Made by a program: the position numbers and the translations under genes. Below are positions 1 through 8,220 of a stretch of 21,858 bases of DNA, piece by piece. Source of the stretch: Leptospirales bacterium. GTDB lineage: Bacteria; Spirochaetota; Leptospiria; Turneriellales; JAOUFE01. The notes below the pieces were generated by a model. That model was not told the DNA's origin and made no database searches. It was given only the letters and a program-made list of their open reading frames with translations. The stretch is from contig JBEQLE010000042.1 of the NCBI GenBank assembly GCA_040326155.1, positions 15,526 to 37,383 on the forward strand, given 5' to 3'. The stretch's first letter is position 1. Each line of letters opens with the position of its first letter.

Positions 1-138
1 AAAGATGAAACCGGAGGATTTTATTGTGAATGAAAATACCACGAAGGCAGCTGGCAAAAACGACGTTTTTTGACAGCGTAAAAACTTTAAACTATAATCG
101 AACGAAGCGACACAAAAAAACCGCAGGATTTTTTTGTG
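1..138 (+). repeat. R1 repeat cluster A (half-hairpin plus one full ~100-nt unit)
   Basis: CCGGAGGATTTT at 11; unit 36-138 is ATACCACGAAG, hairpin 1 (CAAAAACGACGTTTTTTG), ACTTTAAAC..ATCGAACGAAGCGA, then hairpin 2 CACAAAAAAA-CCGCAGG-A-TTTTTTTGTG. Same architecture as five other clusters. Confidence 0.9.
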
Positions 139-139
139 C

Positions 140-168
140 AAAAAAGAAGGCGCCCGCGTGGACGCCTT
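140..168 (-). terminator. Rho-independent terminator of the flagellin gene
   Basis: Minus strand AAGGCGUCC-ACGC-GGGCGCCUU followed by CUUUUUU, 4 nt after the flagellin stop codon. Confidence 0.8.
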
Positions 169-172
169 AGAG

Positions 173-1021
173 CTAGAGCCCTTCCAGAAGTTGTAACGCT
201 GTCTTAGACGTATGATTCGCCTGAACCAGCATCGCCGTACCACTCTGAAGCAGGATCTGTTGTTTTGTATATTCAATCAACTCTTCAGCCATATCCGTAT
301 CTCGCACGCGGCTGTCGGCAACTACCATATTCTCATAATTCGTACGAAGAGCGCCAATTGTTGTCTCCATACGGTTATAATAAGCGCCCAGATTGGCGCG
401 TTGGCGGTTGAGAGCATCGATAGCGCCATCGACCGTACCAATCATGTCGTTGGCCTCTTGCACCGTCATAACACTCTTTTTCTCACCACCTACGGTGAGG
501 CCGAGTGACTCAGAACTCATTTCCTCAACAAAGGCCCGAATCCTCTGATTCTGATTCGGCCCAACGTGAAAAAATACCGATGCAACATTCGAATCTCTGG
601 CAAGGTCTCCGTTTATCAACTTCATCCGGTTAAACTCGGCTGAAGTAGATATACGATCAACTTCGTCAATCAATTGAGAGACCTCGGTTTCCATCAATAA
701 CCTGTCCTCGGGCGAATAAATGCCGTTGGCGGCCTGAACGGACAACTCTCGAACACGTTGAAGAATATCGTTAACCTGCGATAAACTTCCCTCAGCAACC
801 TGAATAAAGGATAGGCCCATAAGCGCATTGCGCTCAGCCTGCTTTAATCCTCTAATCTGGGTACGCATCTTTTCGGAAACGGCGAGATTAGTCGCGTCGT
901 CCCCGGCTCGGTTAATGCGCATGCCGCTTGACAGTTTCTCTATGGACTTCTGAAGCCCCGATTCTGTCTTTTGCAACTGCCTGTGAGCAAATAGAGCCGA
1001 AGTATTGTGATTTACTTGCAT
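173..1021 (-). CDS. flaB: Flagellin, spirochaete periplasmic filament core protein (FlaB type), 282 aa
   Basis: N-terminal flagellin motifs (EKLSSGMRINRAGDD, SFIQVAEGSL, LQRVRELSVQAANG) and C-terminal motifs (QRANLGAYYNR, SRVRDTDMAEE). Start reassigned to ATG at 1021 (MQVNHN), preceded by SD GGGAGG; the length matches spirochaete FlaB. Confidence 0.95.
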   Translation of the reverse strand: MQVNHNTSALFAHRQLQKTESGLQKSIEKLSSGMRINRAGDDATNLAVSEKMRTQIRGLKQAERNALMGLSFIQVAEGSLSQVNDILQRVRELSVQAANGIYSPEDRLLMETEVSQLIDEVDRISTSAEFNRMKLINGDLARDSNVASVFFHVGPNQNQRIRAFVEEMSSESLGLTVGGEKKSVMTVQEANDMIGTVDGAIDALNRQRANLGAYYNRMETTIGALRTNYENMVVADSRVRDTDMAEELIEYTKQQILLQSGTAMLVQANHTSKTALQLLEGL

Positions 1022-1205
1022 ACTTTCCTCCCATATATTTAGAGAACACCGCTCAATTACGGTGCCTCCGGGAAATATCCCTTCCCAGAGTGAAAGAACT
1101 GATTCAGCATCAGCCCTTTCACTCCAGGAGTGAAAAGAAAAGTAGGCAAGAACCAAAATACCCTCTGGCATTTCGGGCAAACAGATTACCCCATTTGCGG
1201 TTATA

Positions 1206-1233
1206 TCTTCGGCCCCCGATTGCACCAACCTGA
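1206..1233 (-). promoter_or_regulatory. Putative sigma-28 (FliA) promoter of flagellin
   Basis: Minus strand TCAG-N16-GCCGAAGA resembles the TAAA-N15-GCCGATAA consensus, about 185 nt upstream of a flagellin gene. Confidence 0.5.
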
Positions 1234-1408
1234 TGCAGCCCTGGTCAAATTAAAATAACTTAAGACAAGTCTAGATACATTACAACATGGTTAGATAACT
1301 GTTTGCCGTGGTTTATCTTTTTTTGGGGATTTTTTTGAATTTAAAAGGGGCAAGCCTGCCCCTCACTTCAAACGCCCCGCGTTTTCCGCTACCCCGACGT
1401 ATTATACT

Positions 1409-1482
1409 GGCCACTGGTCTGAAATTCCCCACCAGGAAAAACCCACTTCAGCAACGCTGAAGTTTCGAGTACCGGGGGGTTG
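1409..1482 (+). repeat. R2 repeat, copy 1 (74 bp)
   Basis: 69/74 identical to 3396-3469; internal hairpins CTGGT..ACCAG and CTTCAGC-AAC-GCTGAAG; ends TACCGGGGGGTTG. Confidence 0.9.
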
Positions 1483-1499
1483 TATTTTTGCATGGAAAA

Positions 1500-1751
1500 A
1501 TACCACGAAACGGGTGTTCAAAAACCACGTTTTTTGACAGCGTAAAAACTTTAAACAATAGTCGAACGAAGCGACACAAATAAACCGCAGGATTTATTTG
1601 TGCATTAAGATAAAACCGCAGGATTTTTGTCGGCAACAAAGTATACCACGAAGCAGGTGAAAAAAAACCACGTTTTTTTTCACAAATAACTTTAAACAAA
1701 AATCGAACGAAGCGACCGTTAAAAACCGAAGGATTTTTAACGGCAACAAAG
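1500..1751 (+). repeat. R1 repeat cluster B (two full units plus half-hairpin)
   Basis: Units 1500-1602 and 1643-1743, half-hairpin 1612-1633. Hairpin-2 arms are CACAAATAAA/TTTATTTGTG and CCGTTAAAAA/TTTTTAACGG. Confidence 0.92.
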
Positions 1752-1760
1752 AAAACAAAT

Positions 1761-1789
1761 TTGACAGTGCATCATATTCTACTTAAGTT
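1761..1789 (+). promoter_or_regulatory. Putative sigma-70 promoter of hicAB
   Basis: TTGACA (1761-1766), 17-nt spacer, TAAGTT (1784-1789). The predicted start site falls about on the GTG start codon and no SD is visible. Confidence 0.45.
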
Positions 1790-1795
1790 ATCCAT

Positions 1796-2047
1796 GTGAA
1801 GGTGAATGAGCTGCTGAATAAAATCCGTAAAAATCAAAAAAACATTAAATTTTCCGACCTTCAAAAATTATTATTGTCTCTTGATTTTCAATTAAAACGG
1901 ATTTCCGGTTCCCATCATATTTATAGTCATGCAAGAATAGTGGTAGCTGTGAATATTCAACCGGATGGTCCAAATGCAAAACCATATCAAGTAAAGCAGC
2001 TTTTAAAGATTATAGAAAAATACGGCTTAAAAAGGGATGATTTATGA
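1796..2047 (+). CDS. hicA: HicA-family toxin (mRNA interferase)
   Basis: 83 aa, basic, with the signature 'IKFSDLQKLL..LDFQLKRISGSHHIY..NIQPDGPNAKPYQVKQLL' (GSH catalytic motif); ATGA overlap with the downstream antitoxin. Confidence 0.9.
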   Translation: MKVNELLNKIRKNQKNIKFSDLQKLLLSLDFQLKRISGSHHIYSHARIVVAVNIQPDGPNAKPYQVKQLLKIIEKYGLKRDDL

Positions 2048-2262
2048 ATACAAGACATTATCATATTAATATTTTCTGGAGCGAAGAAGACAACTCTTAT
2101 ATTGCAGACATTCCCGATCTGGAATATTGTTCCGCGCATGGGAAGACGCCGGAAACAGCCTTGCATGAAGCGTTAATCGCCATGGATGCCTGGCTTCAGG
2201 TTGCAGAAGAAGAAGGCAGAACTATCCCGGAACCTCGTTATCGGCCTGTTATTTATGCCTGA
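2044..2262 (+). CDS. hicB: HicB-family antitoxin (short form, no C-terminal DNA-binding domain)
   Basis: 72 aa, acidic; 'YHINIFWSEEDNSYIADIPDLEYCSAHGKTPETAL..W...G..IPEP' is the typical HicB N-terminal domain; translationally coupled to hicA. Confidence 0.92.
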   Translation: MNTRHYHINIFWSEEDNSYIADIPDLEYCSAHGKTPETALHEALIAMDAWLQVAEEEGRTIPEPRYRPVIYA

Positions 2263-2314
2263 GTAGGGCTATCCCCAATAATAAATTCACCCGCCTGCGT
2301 GAAGCACTGAGAAA

Positions 2315-2329
2315 TACCGGGGGGTTGGC
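2315..2329 (+). repeat. R2 fragment
   Basis: TACCGGGGGGTTGGC is shared with the R2 copies at 3457 and (reverse complement) 12473-12487, and lies just upstream of R1 cluster C. Confidence 0.6.
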
Positions 2330-2343
2330 GGATTGTAAAAATT

Positions 2344-2588
2344 TACACCAAAACAGGCTGGTAAAAACCACATTTTTTGACAGCTATAAACTTCAAGCAA
2401 AAATCGAATGGAGCTACTATTATACTACGACGCGAACCCCACAGAAACGACGTTTTTGGGGGATTATTAAACTTTAAACAATAATCGAACGAAGCGACCG
2501 ACAAAAACCGCAGGATTTTTGTCGGCCCTAATGGGGTTTCTGGAATTTTTAAACCTTACCATGGAGCGAGCGGGCAAAAACTACGCTC
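2344..2588 (+). repeat. R1 repeat cluster C (degenerate unit, full unit, 5' fragment)
   Basis: Degenerate unit ~2344-2416 lacking hairpin 2; full unit 2422-2525 with hairpin 2 CCGACAAAAA-CCGCAGG-A-TTTTTGTCGG; 5'-end remnant TACCATGGAGCGAG..CAAAAACTACG at ~2557-2588. Confidence 0.85.
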
Positions 2589-2711
2589 GGCAATGCAGTT
2601 GTTAAAAAAAATTGCATCCTTTTTCCTAAAAAATAGGTCAATAAGACAAATATATAACGCTAATATGTCCCGCCTGATAAAAGATACATATACTATTGAT
2701 TTACTAACTTT

Positions 2712-3299
2712 CTAAAACTCATTCCATCTGGGGTGAGGGTTGCTAAAAAGAGCCTTCTCCAATAACTTGCGATATGCGAAAAGGACATTCGACTGAAAGA
2801 CATGATGTGTCTTATCCGGATTACACCATGTATAATCGAGGTCAAGACGCGGCCCATACAACATGTGTCTGTAATCACAACCATCAAGAACATCAAGATC
2901 ATCATCCAGATCAGAGAGGTCGCAATCTTTCGCTTTTCTGACAACTTCAACAAAACTATTATAGGGTTTCATTACATCGGGCGCTTTCTCATATTCCAGG
3001 CGCCCTTGAGAATAAAAAATCAGGTTAGTATCAAACATCCCGCTTATACCGGTTGCAATTACAGGTTCCTTTGCAGGTGTATTTGACTCGTTTTCCGGGT
3101 CCCTGTCCAGATTATGAATACATTCAAAATAAATTTCTGTCGGCAAAAAGAAAAAAGTAAACATATGAAGATCGTCAAAAGCCGACTTCGCATAAAACCT
3201 GGAAATGACAAACGGAGCAAATTTAAAAAAAAGTTCTTTTAGAGGGTAAAGCCGATAAGGACCAATGTTTTTACGCATAGCTAAAATTGTTACCTGCAA
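2712..3299 (-). CDS. Hypothetical protein (start uncertain: TTG 3299 or an ATG about 20 nt downstream)
   Basis: 195-aa ORF filling the intergenic gap, with a perfect extended -10 upstream; no family recognised. Confidence 0.6.
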   Translation of the reverse strand: MQVTILAMRKNIGPYRLYPLKELFFKFAPFVISRFYAKSAFDDLHMFTFFFLPTEIYFECIHNLDRDPENESNTPAKEPVIATGISGMFDTNLIFYSQGRLEYEKAPDVMKPYNSFVEVVRKAKDCDLSDLDDDLDVLDGCDYRHMLYGPRLDLDYTWCNPDKTHHVFQSNVLFAYRKLLEKALFSNPHPRWNEF

Positions 3300-3373
3300 T
3301 GCAAATATACATATGGTGTCTTTAAAAAATTAATTTTTATCGTGAAGTTTGAACTTTGTCTTTTCGTCGGCTT

Positions 3374-3382
3374 ATTATAGCA
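3374..3382 (-). promoter_or_regulatory. Extended -10 promoter element
   Basis: Minus strand TGCTATAAT (TGnTATAAT consensus), about 75 nt upstream of the 2712-3299 ORF. Confidence 0.5.
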
Positions 3383-3395
3383 AATTCTCTGCTGA

Positions 3396-3583
3396 GGCCA
3401 CTGGTCTGAAATTCCCCACCAGAGAAAATCCGCTTCAGTAACGCTGAAGTTTCGAGTACCGGGGGGTTGGCAGAGAACGGGTGGGCGTTTACGCCCACGT
3501 GGTCGGCGCCAAGGGGGTTTGTATGTATCCCGATGGTTATATTACCACCCGCCCCCTTCCTTACACATTCGTAATTCGTAATT
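3396..3583 (+). repeat. R2 repeat, longest copy (multi-palindromic, REP/MITE-like)
   Basis: 3396-3469 matches 1409-1482; 3457-3577 matches the reverse complement of 12346-12487. Palindromes GTGGGCGT-TT-ACGCCCAC and AAGGGGG..CCCCCTT; TTCGTAA heptamer tandem at the 3' end. Confidence 0.9.
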
Positions 3584-3651
3584 TCTTATTCTCCCCTCCC
3601 CTATAGAAAACAAATTGCCGGGAAGTCTCGAATCTGATTTTTAACCCTATT

Positions 3652-5013
3652 ATGGGTGATAATAACATTATAAATGAATCGGACGAAGAGAATCCGTTTT
3701 TAATTGAAGAAGAAATTCTCAATGAACAAGAGGCTTTAGAAAAGCAGACGGATGAACCAGAAGAGGCGACAATCTCGTATGACCCCGCCAAGCTGCTTAC
3801 TCTGGAAGAAGTTCAAGAACTGGATAAGAAATATATTTTACATACATATGACAGAATGCCTGTCCATTTTGCCTATGGGTCCGGTGAGTTTTTGTATGAC
3901 TCTGAAGGAAAAGAGTATATCGATTTTCTCAGCGGAATAGCCGTTACCGGCCTCGGACATGCCCACGCCGACCTTGTCGAAGCTCTGGCACACCAGGCAG
4001 ACCTGTTGTGGCACTCTTCGAACCTGTTTCATAACCAGCAACAGGCCCAGCTGGCGCGCGCCCTTGTCGAAATAAACTTTCCCGGAAAAGTATTTTTCTC
4101 AAACTCGGGAACAGAAGCCAACGAGGCCGCTATTAAAATGTTGCGCGCCTGGGGTGAACAAAACTCGCCCACAGGGTCGTCTGAAAAGCCCCCGAAGAAT
4201 ACTATTATAGCTTTAAAAGGCAGTTTTCACGGTCGAACCTTTGGGGCCATGTCTGTGACCGGGCAGCAAAAAGTGCAAGACGGCTTTGGCAACCTGCTCT
4301 CTGAAATTCGTTTTGTGGAGCCCAACGACATTGAAGAGCTCGAAGACGCAGTTGACGACTCTCTTTGTGGTATTATACTAGAGCCCATACTTGGGGAAGG
4401 CGGAGTTTTACCGCTGGAACTCGACTTTTTTCAAAAAGCCCGCGATCTTTGCGACCAGTACAAAGGTCTGCTTGTTGCCGATGAAATTCAAACAGGAATG
4501 GGACGTACCGGAACCTACTTTGCATGGCAGCGTTATGAAATACAACCCGACATATTGACCATAGCCAAAGGACTCGGCTCAGGCTTCCCCATTGGGGCTG
4601 TTTTAGTTGCCGACCAATACTCCAATGTTCTGCAGGTTGGTTCCCATGGTTCTACGTTTGGGGGAAACCACCTCGCCACCGCTGTTGGTTATGAGGTTAT
4701 CCGTTTAATGGAAACAAATAAAGTTCTTGAGAATGTAAACGACATGCACGACTACATGATGGTATTGCTGAATAATCTTTTAAATGGGTATCCCGATAAA
4801 ATAAAAGAAATTCGTGGAGCTGGTTTATTAATTGGTATTGTCCTGAACGAAGACATTGCGGCCCGCCCCCTCATAAAAAAAGCCCTGGAGAAACGATTCA
4901 TCATTGGCCGCGCCGGCGATAACGTCATTCGACTCGCCCCTCCTTTAATTGTTCGTCCTGCGACAATCGACCGCGCCATGGAACGACTCGAAGAGCTGAT
5001 ACGCGAGATCTAA
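3652..5013 (+). CDS. argD: Acetylornithine/succinylornithine aminotransferase (class III PLP-dependent)
   Basis: Motifs YIDFLSGIAVTGLGH, FSNSGTEANEAAIK, SFHGRT, EPILGEGG, DEIQTGMGRTG, IAKGLGSGFPIGA (PLP lysine), HGSTFGGN and IRLAPPL. Confidence 0.93.
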   Translation: MGDNNIINESDEENPFLIEEEILNEQEALEKQTDEPEEATISYDPAKLLTLEEVQELDKKYILHTYDRMPVHFAYGSGEFLYDSEGKEYIDFLSGIAVTGLGHAHADLVEALAHQADLLWHSSNLFHNQQQAQLARALVEINFPGKVFFSNSGTEANEAAIKMLRAWGEQNSPTGSSEKPPKNTIIALKGSFHGRTFGAMSVTGQQKVQDGFGNLLSEIRFVEPNDIEELEDAVDDSLCGIILEPILGEGGVLPLELDFFQKARDLCDQYKGLLVADEIQTGMGRTGTYFAWQRYEIQPDILTIAKGLGSGFPIGAVLVADQYSNVLQVGSHGSTFGGNHLATAVGYEVIRLMETNKVLENVNDMHDYMMVLLNNLLNGYPDKIKEIRGAGLLIGIVLNEDIAARPLIKKALEKRFIIGRAGDNVIRLAPPLIVRPATIDRAMERLEELIREI

Positions 5014-5035
5014 GTATAATGAAGAAAGAATTTTA

Positions 5036-5215
5036 ATAAGGAAGGCAGGAAGAAAAGCAGGAAGTTAAGGAAAAGAAAGAGAAGAAGGAAAAATGTGGTC
5101 TTAAAAGATCCCCCCATAATATTTTCTCTCTTTTCTGCCTTCTTTCCCTCCTGTAAATCATGTAAATCCTGTCTAATTCTTCTCTTTTCCTTACTCTCCT
5201 TCCTGCCTTCCTTAT
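5036..5215. repeat. 180-bp purine/pyrimidine-skewed inverted-repeat element (MITE/REPIN-like)
   Basis: Perfect 17-bp terminal inverted repeat ATAAGGAAGGCAGGAAG (5036-5052) / CTTCCTGCCTTCCTTAT (5199-5215), further imperfect pairing inside, and internal TC(C/A)TGTAAA tandem repeats. Confidence 0.8.
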
Positions 5216-5284
5216 AAAGTTCCTTTTTTGTAGAACGAATAAAAAGTACTTCAAAAACCTCAATACCCACCGAAACTATATGTA

Positions 5285-5518
5285 GTGGATCTAAGTATTA
5301 AAGCCTGGAAAAAGAATGATGAGTACATTGCGGGATGTACTGAACTTGATATTTTTACTTATGGTAAGACGAAAGTTCAGGCCAGGGAACGCCTGGTTCG
5401 CGTAATACTGTTTTACGCTGAAACCGCCTCTGAAATGGGTTATAAAATTGACCCGGATGAACTTTTAGGGTCGCTTGACGTTGCTTATACCTGGCGTTCT
5501 GAACATTACGTAAATTAA
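5285..5518 (+). CDS. Orphan HicB-like (UPF0150-type) small protein
   Basis: 77 aa; 'EYIAGCTELDIFTYGKTKVQARERL..VILFY' fits the HicB N-terminal pattern (Y.A..P.L....GKT..EA); no adjacent hicA. Confidence 0.7.
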   Translation: MDLSIKAWKKNDEYIAGCTELDIFTYGKTKVQARERLVRVILFYAETASEMGYKIDPDELLGSLDVAYTWRSEHYVN

Positions 5519-5742
5519 TCTCCAATCTCCCAAAACTTTCAAGTTAACCCATATCGGACGCCGATTATAATAAAAGGTTATAATGGGCAAATATTTTAGT
5601 CTTATCATAAAAATCCTAGTATCTTTCTTTACAGGTTGTCATGAATTAATAGACTGCCTCTTTCAGAAAAATTTTGTGATTGAAATAATATACATTAAAC
5701 AATCGCCTTTTTTAAACCCTTTAATACTCACCGGAGGATCTC

Positions 5743-7698
5743 GTGGAGCTCGAACAATTACCGGAAATACAGAAAATTGTCAATATCGGAAAAGCAAACG
5801 GTGAGGTTACTTATGATGAAATAAACGACATCTTACCCGAAAAACTCATCAACTCAGATAAAATAGACGATGTTTTTATTTTATTGAATCAATATGGTAT
5901 TGAAATCGTTGAAGAGTATGATAAAAAAGCCCTTCAAAAGAATGGTCCAGAAGGCCAAGGTAAGGGAGGCTCAAAGTCAAGTATTGTTACCCTGGGTGAA
6001 CAAAAAGCCCCTAAAATTCTTTACGAAGAATTACGTAAAATGGGTTATGAACTAACGAATGAAGACGTTAAAGATGTAACAATACAAGATCTCGCTATCC
6101 TTATTATGAAAAAAGGGTATAGTCTTGATACTATGACCCAGCTTCTAAATAAGCCGGAATATCGTCCTGCTTTAAAATCGCGAAAACGCTCCGCATCAGG
6201 TTCAAGCGCCGAACCCGACGATCCGATGCGATTGTACTTAAAAGAGATCGGTAAAATATCACTTATTTCTGCCGACAAAGAAGTAGAACTGGCAAAAAGA
6301 ATTGAAGCCGGTGAAATTATAATCGAAGAAGCCGTGTTGCGCTCTTCTTTACTTCGCCACTCCTTTATTCGTTATTACAAGAAAATTGAAAATAAAACAA
6401 TGCGTATTACCGATATTTGTCGGGCCTCCAAAACGTATTACATCTCCCAAACAGAACAAGAAGAACTACGGCAAATTTACTTAAAAGAGATGACCCCGGT
6501 CATTGATATCGATAAGAAAATTCAAGAGTTTAAATCGAAACTCAAACGTTATACTCACAAAAGTAAAAAACACCAGGAAATTTGGGCAGAAATTCTAAAG
6601 CTCGAAGATAAAGCCTCGAATCACATGTTGAAAATTGGAGTCTCTCAAAAAGAGCTGCAAAAACATGTGAATAAAATTAAAAGTATGGTGTTTCGTATTA
6701 AAGAAATAAAACGCCACTTTTTGCGCCTTCGAGAAAAGTACGGCTACGATGTAAAAGCCATTAAAGGTTATAATAGATACATTGAAAAAAATGAAAACCT
6801 CGAAATTGTTGAAAAGGACATGGGTTGCAGCATTGAAGATGTTAAGAATATTATTAAAGATATTCGAAACAACGAACGAAAACTGCGACGAATGGAACAA
6901 GAGGCTGGTTCCCCTACCCTAATTATTCTTTCCTGGGGTGAAAAAATTTCACGCGGTCAACGCGAAATTGAGATGGCTAAAAAAGAGCTCATTAACGCCA
7001 ACCTGCGTCTAGTGGTTTCGATAGCAAAACGATTTGCCAACAGAGGTATGCACTTTTACGATCTTATACAAGAAGGAAATATCGGTCTCATGAGAGCCGT
7101 TGAAAAATTCGAGTACAAAAAAGGGTATAAGTTTTCTACATATGCCACCTGGTGGATTCGCCAGGCCATTACCAGGGCTATTTCAGAACAAGCCCGGACC
7201 ATACGTATTCCCTCGCACATGATCGAGCAAATTAACAAGGTCAACAGAGAAATTCGTATCTTTTTGCAAGAAACCGGTAGAGAGCCCAACGACGACGAGA
7301 TTGCCGAACGACTTGGCTGGCCACCGCAAAAAGTGAAACAAGTAAAAAATGTAGCGAAAGATCCCGTTTCATTGGAAACTCCCGTCGGTGAAGACGAAGA
7401 TTCCGAATTAGGTGACTTTATTGAGGATAAAAAGGTGGAAAGCCCCATGGCCGCCACCGCTCAGTCGATTCTTGCCGATCAGATTCGTCAGGTACTGGCG
7501 ACCCTGCCCGCGCGGGAGCAAAAAGTCATCCGTATGCGTTTTGGACTCGACGATGGATATACACACACCCTCGAAGAGGTCGGTTATGTTTTTAAAGTAA
7601 CCAGAGAGAGAATTCGACAAATTGAAGCGAAAGCTTTAAGAAGATTGCGAGCTCCGACTAGAATGCGTAAATTAAAAGATTTCCTAGATCAATCTTAA
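5743..7698 (+). CDS. rpoD: RNA polymerase primary sigma factor sigma-70
   Basis: Region 1.1 ([17 protein letters not shown]), 1.2 ([12 protein letters not shown]), region 2 ([43 protein letters not shown]), region 4 ([23 protein letters not shown]); GTG start with GGAGG SD. Confidence 0.98.
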   Translation: MELEQLPEIQKIVNIGKANGEVTYDEINDILPEKLINSDKIDDVFILLNQYGIEIVEEYDKKALQKNGPEGQGKGGSKSSIVTLGEQKAPKILYEELRKMGYELTNEDVKDVTIQDLAILIMKKGYSLDTMTQLLNKPEYRPALKSRKRSASGSSAEPDDPMRLYLKEIGKISLISADKEVELAKRIEAGEIIIEEAVLRSSLLRHSFIRYYKKIENKTMRITDICRASKTYYISQTEQEELRQIYLKEMTPVIDIDKKIQEFKSKLKRYTHKSKKHQEIWAEILKLEDKASNHMLKIGVSQKELQKHVNKIKSMVFRIKEIKRHFLRLREKYGYDVKAIKGYNRYIEKNENLEIVEKDMGCSIEDVKNIIKDIRNNERKLRRMEQEAGSPTLIILSWGEKISRGQREIEMAKKELINANLRLVVSIAKRFANRGMHFYDLIQEGNIGLMRAVEKFEYKKGYKFSTYATWWIRQAITRAISEQARTIRIPSHMIEQINKVNREIRIFLQETGREPNDDEIAERLGWPPQKVKQVKNVAKDPVSLETPVGEDEDSELGDFIEDKKVESPMAATAQSILADQIRQVLATLPAREQKVIRMRFGLDDGYTHTLEEVGYVFKVTRERIRQIEAKALRRLRAPTRMRKLKDFLDQS

Positions 7699-7700
7699 CG

Positions 7701-8219
7701 CTACTCTTCGGTCTTATAAACTTTTTCGAAAACTACGTGAAAATAAATTCGACCCAGGTATTTTTTCTTAAGCGTATCTTTTAAAAAGAAAATTACGGTG
7801 TATTTTCGATACTTCTCCGAAGGAAGCGAAACCAGTTTAAAATTCAAGTTACGTACTTCTCCCAGAGAAGTACCAGGCAAGATATCATGCAACTCCAATA
7901 TAAATTCATCTTTCATCCGCTCGACAAAAGCTCGTGTTGCATTTTTAACCATTTCTGGCGACTCAACTTCAATTTCAAAATTTTTAGTTATATAGGGCAA
8001 CAGTAGAATTTTCGTGTACCCATCCATGCCTATATAGAGATCACCTACAATTTCCCCGCTAAAGGAAAACGCGGAACAAAATTCATAGCATAGTCCCTCA
8101 TTTCTGGTGACCCCATACGCTTCGCGCACAGCCTCCACCTGCAATCCCCCGGTTGCAAGCTCCATAACAGAAGAGCTTAAAACCAAAACCACTTTTTCAT
8201 CTAGAAAGGGATCAACCAT
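7701..8219 (-). CDS. CheX-like chemotaxis protein (divergent)
   Basis: 'FSFSGEIVGDLYIGMD' resembles the CheX beta-strand motif. Start reassigned to ATG 8219 (MVDPFLDEK), one nt after the upstream stop, implying coupling. Confidence 0.65.
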   Translation of the reverse strand: MVDPFLDEKVVLVLSSSVMELATGGLQVEAVREAYGVTRNEGLCYEFCSAFSFSGEIVGDLYIGMDGYTKILLLPYITKNFEIEVESPEMVKNATRAFVERMKDEFILELHDILPGTSLGEVRNLNFKLVSLPSEKYRKYTVIFFLKDTLKKKYLGRIYFHVVFEKVYKTEE

Positions 8220-8220
8220 A

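Noticed and set aside
111..138. R1 hairpin 2 as an ordinary Rho-independent terminator
   Set aside because: The T-run forms the stem itself, the stem is AT-rich, and copies occur between divergent genes; flaB has its own separate terminator.
1022..1228. 69-aa N-terminal extension of flagellin in the ORF track
   Set aside because: Flagellin homology and a strong SD start at ATG 1021; the upstream region looks like a structured leader.
1160..1235. c-di-GMP-I riboswitch suggested by GGGCAAAC
   Set aside because: It is on the strand opposite to flaB, and the GNRA loop, GCAAAG junction and receptor stem are missing.
1500..2525. R1 as integron attC sites around a hicAB cassette
   Set aside because: No RYYYAAC...GTTRRRY boundaries, flanking genes are in mixed orientation and include housekeeping genes, and there is no integrase.
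5010..5270. ORFs 5010-5270 and 5033-5263
   Set aside because: Low-complexity translations of the purine/pyrimidine inverted-repeat element.
5731..5738. CCGGAGGA upstream of rpoD as an R1 loop
   Set aside because: It is the rpoD Shine-Dalgarno sequence and lacks the A/T arms and linkers.
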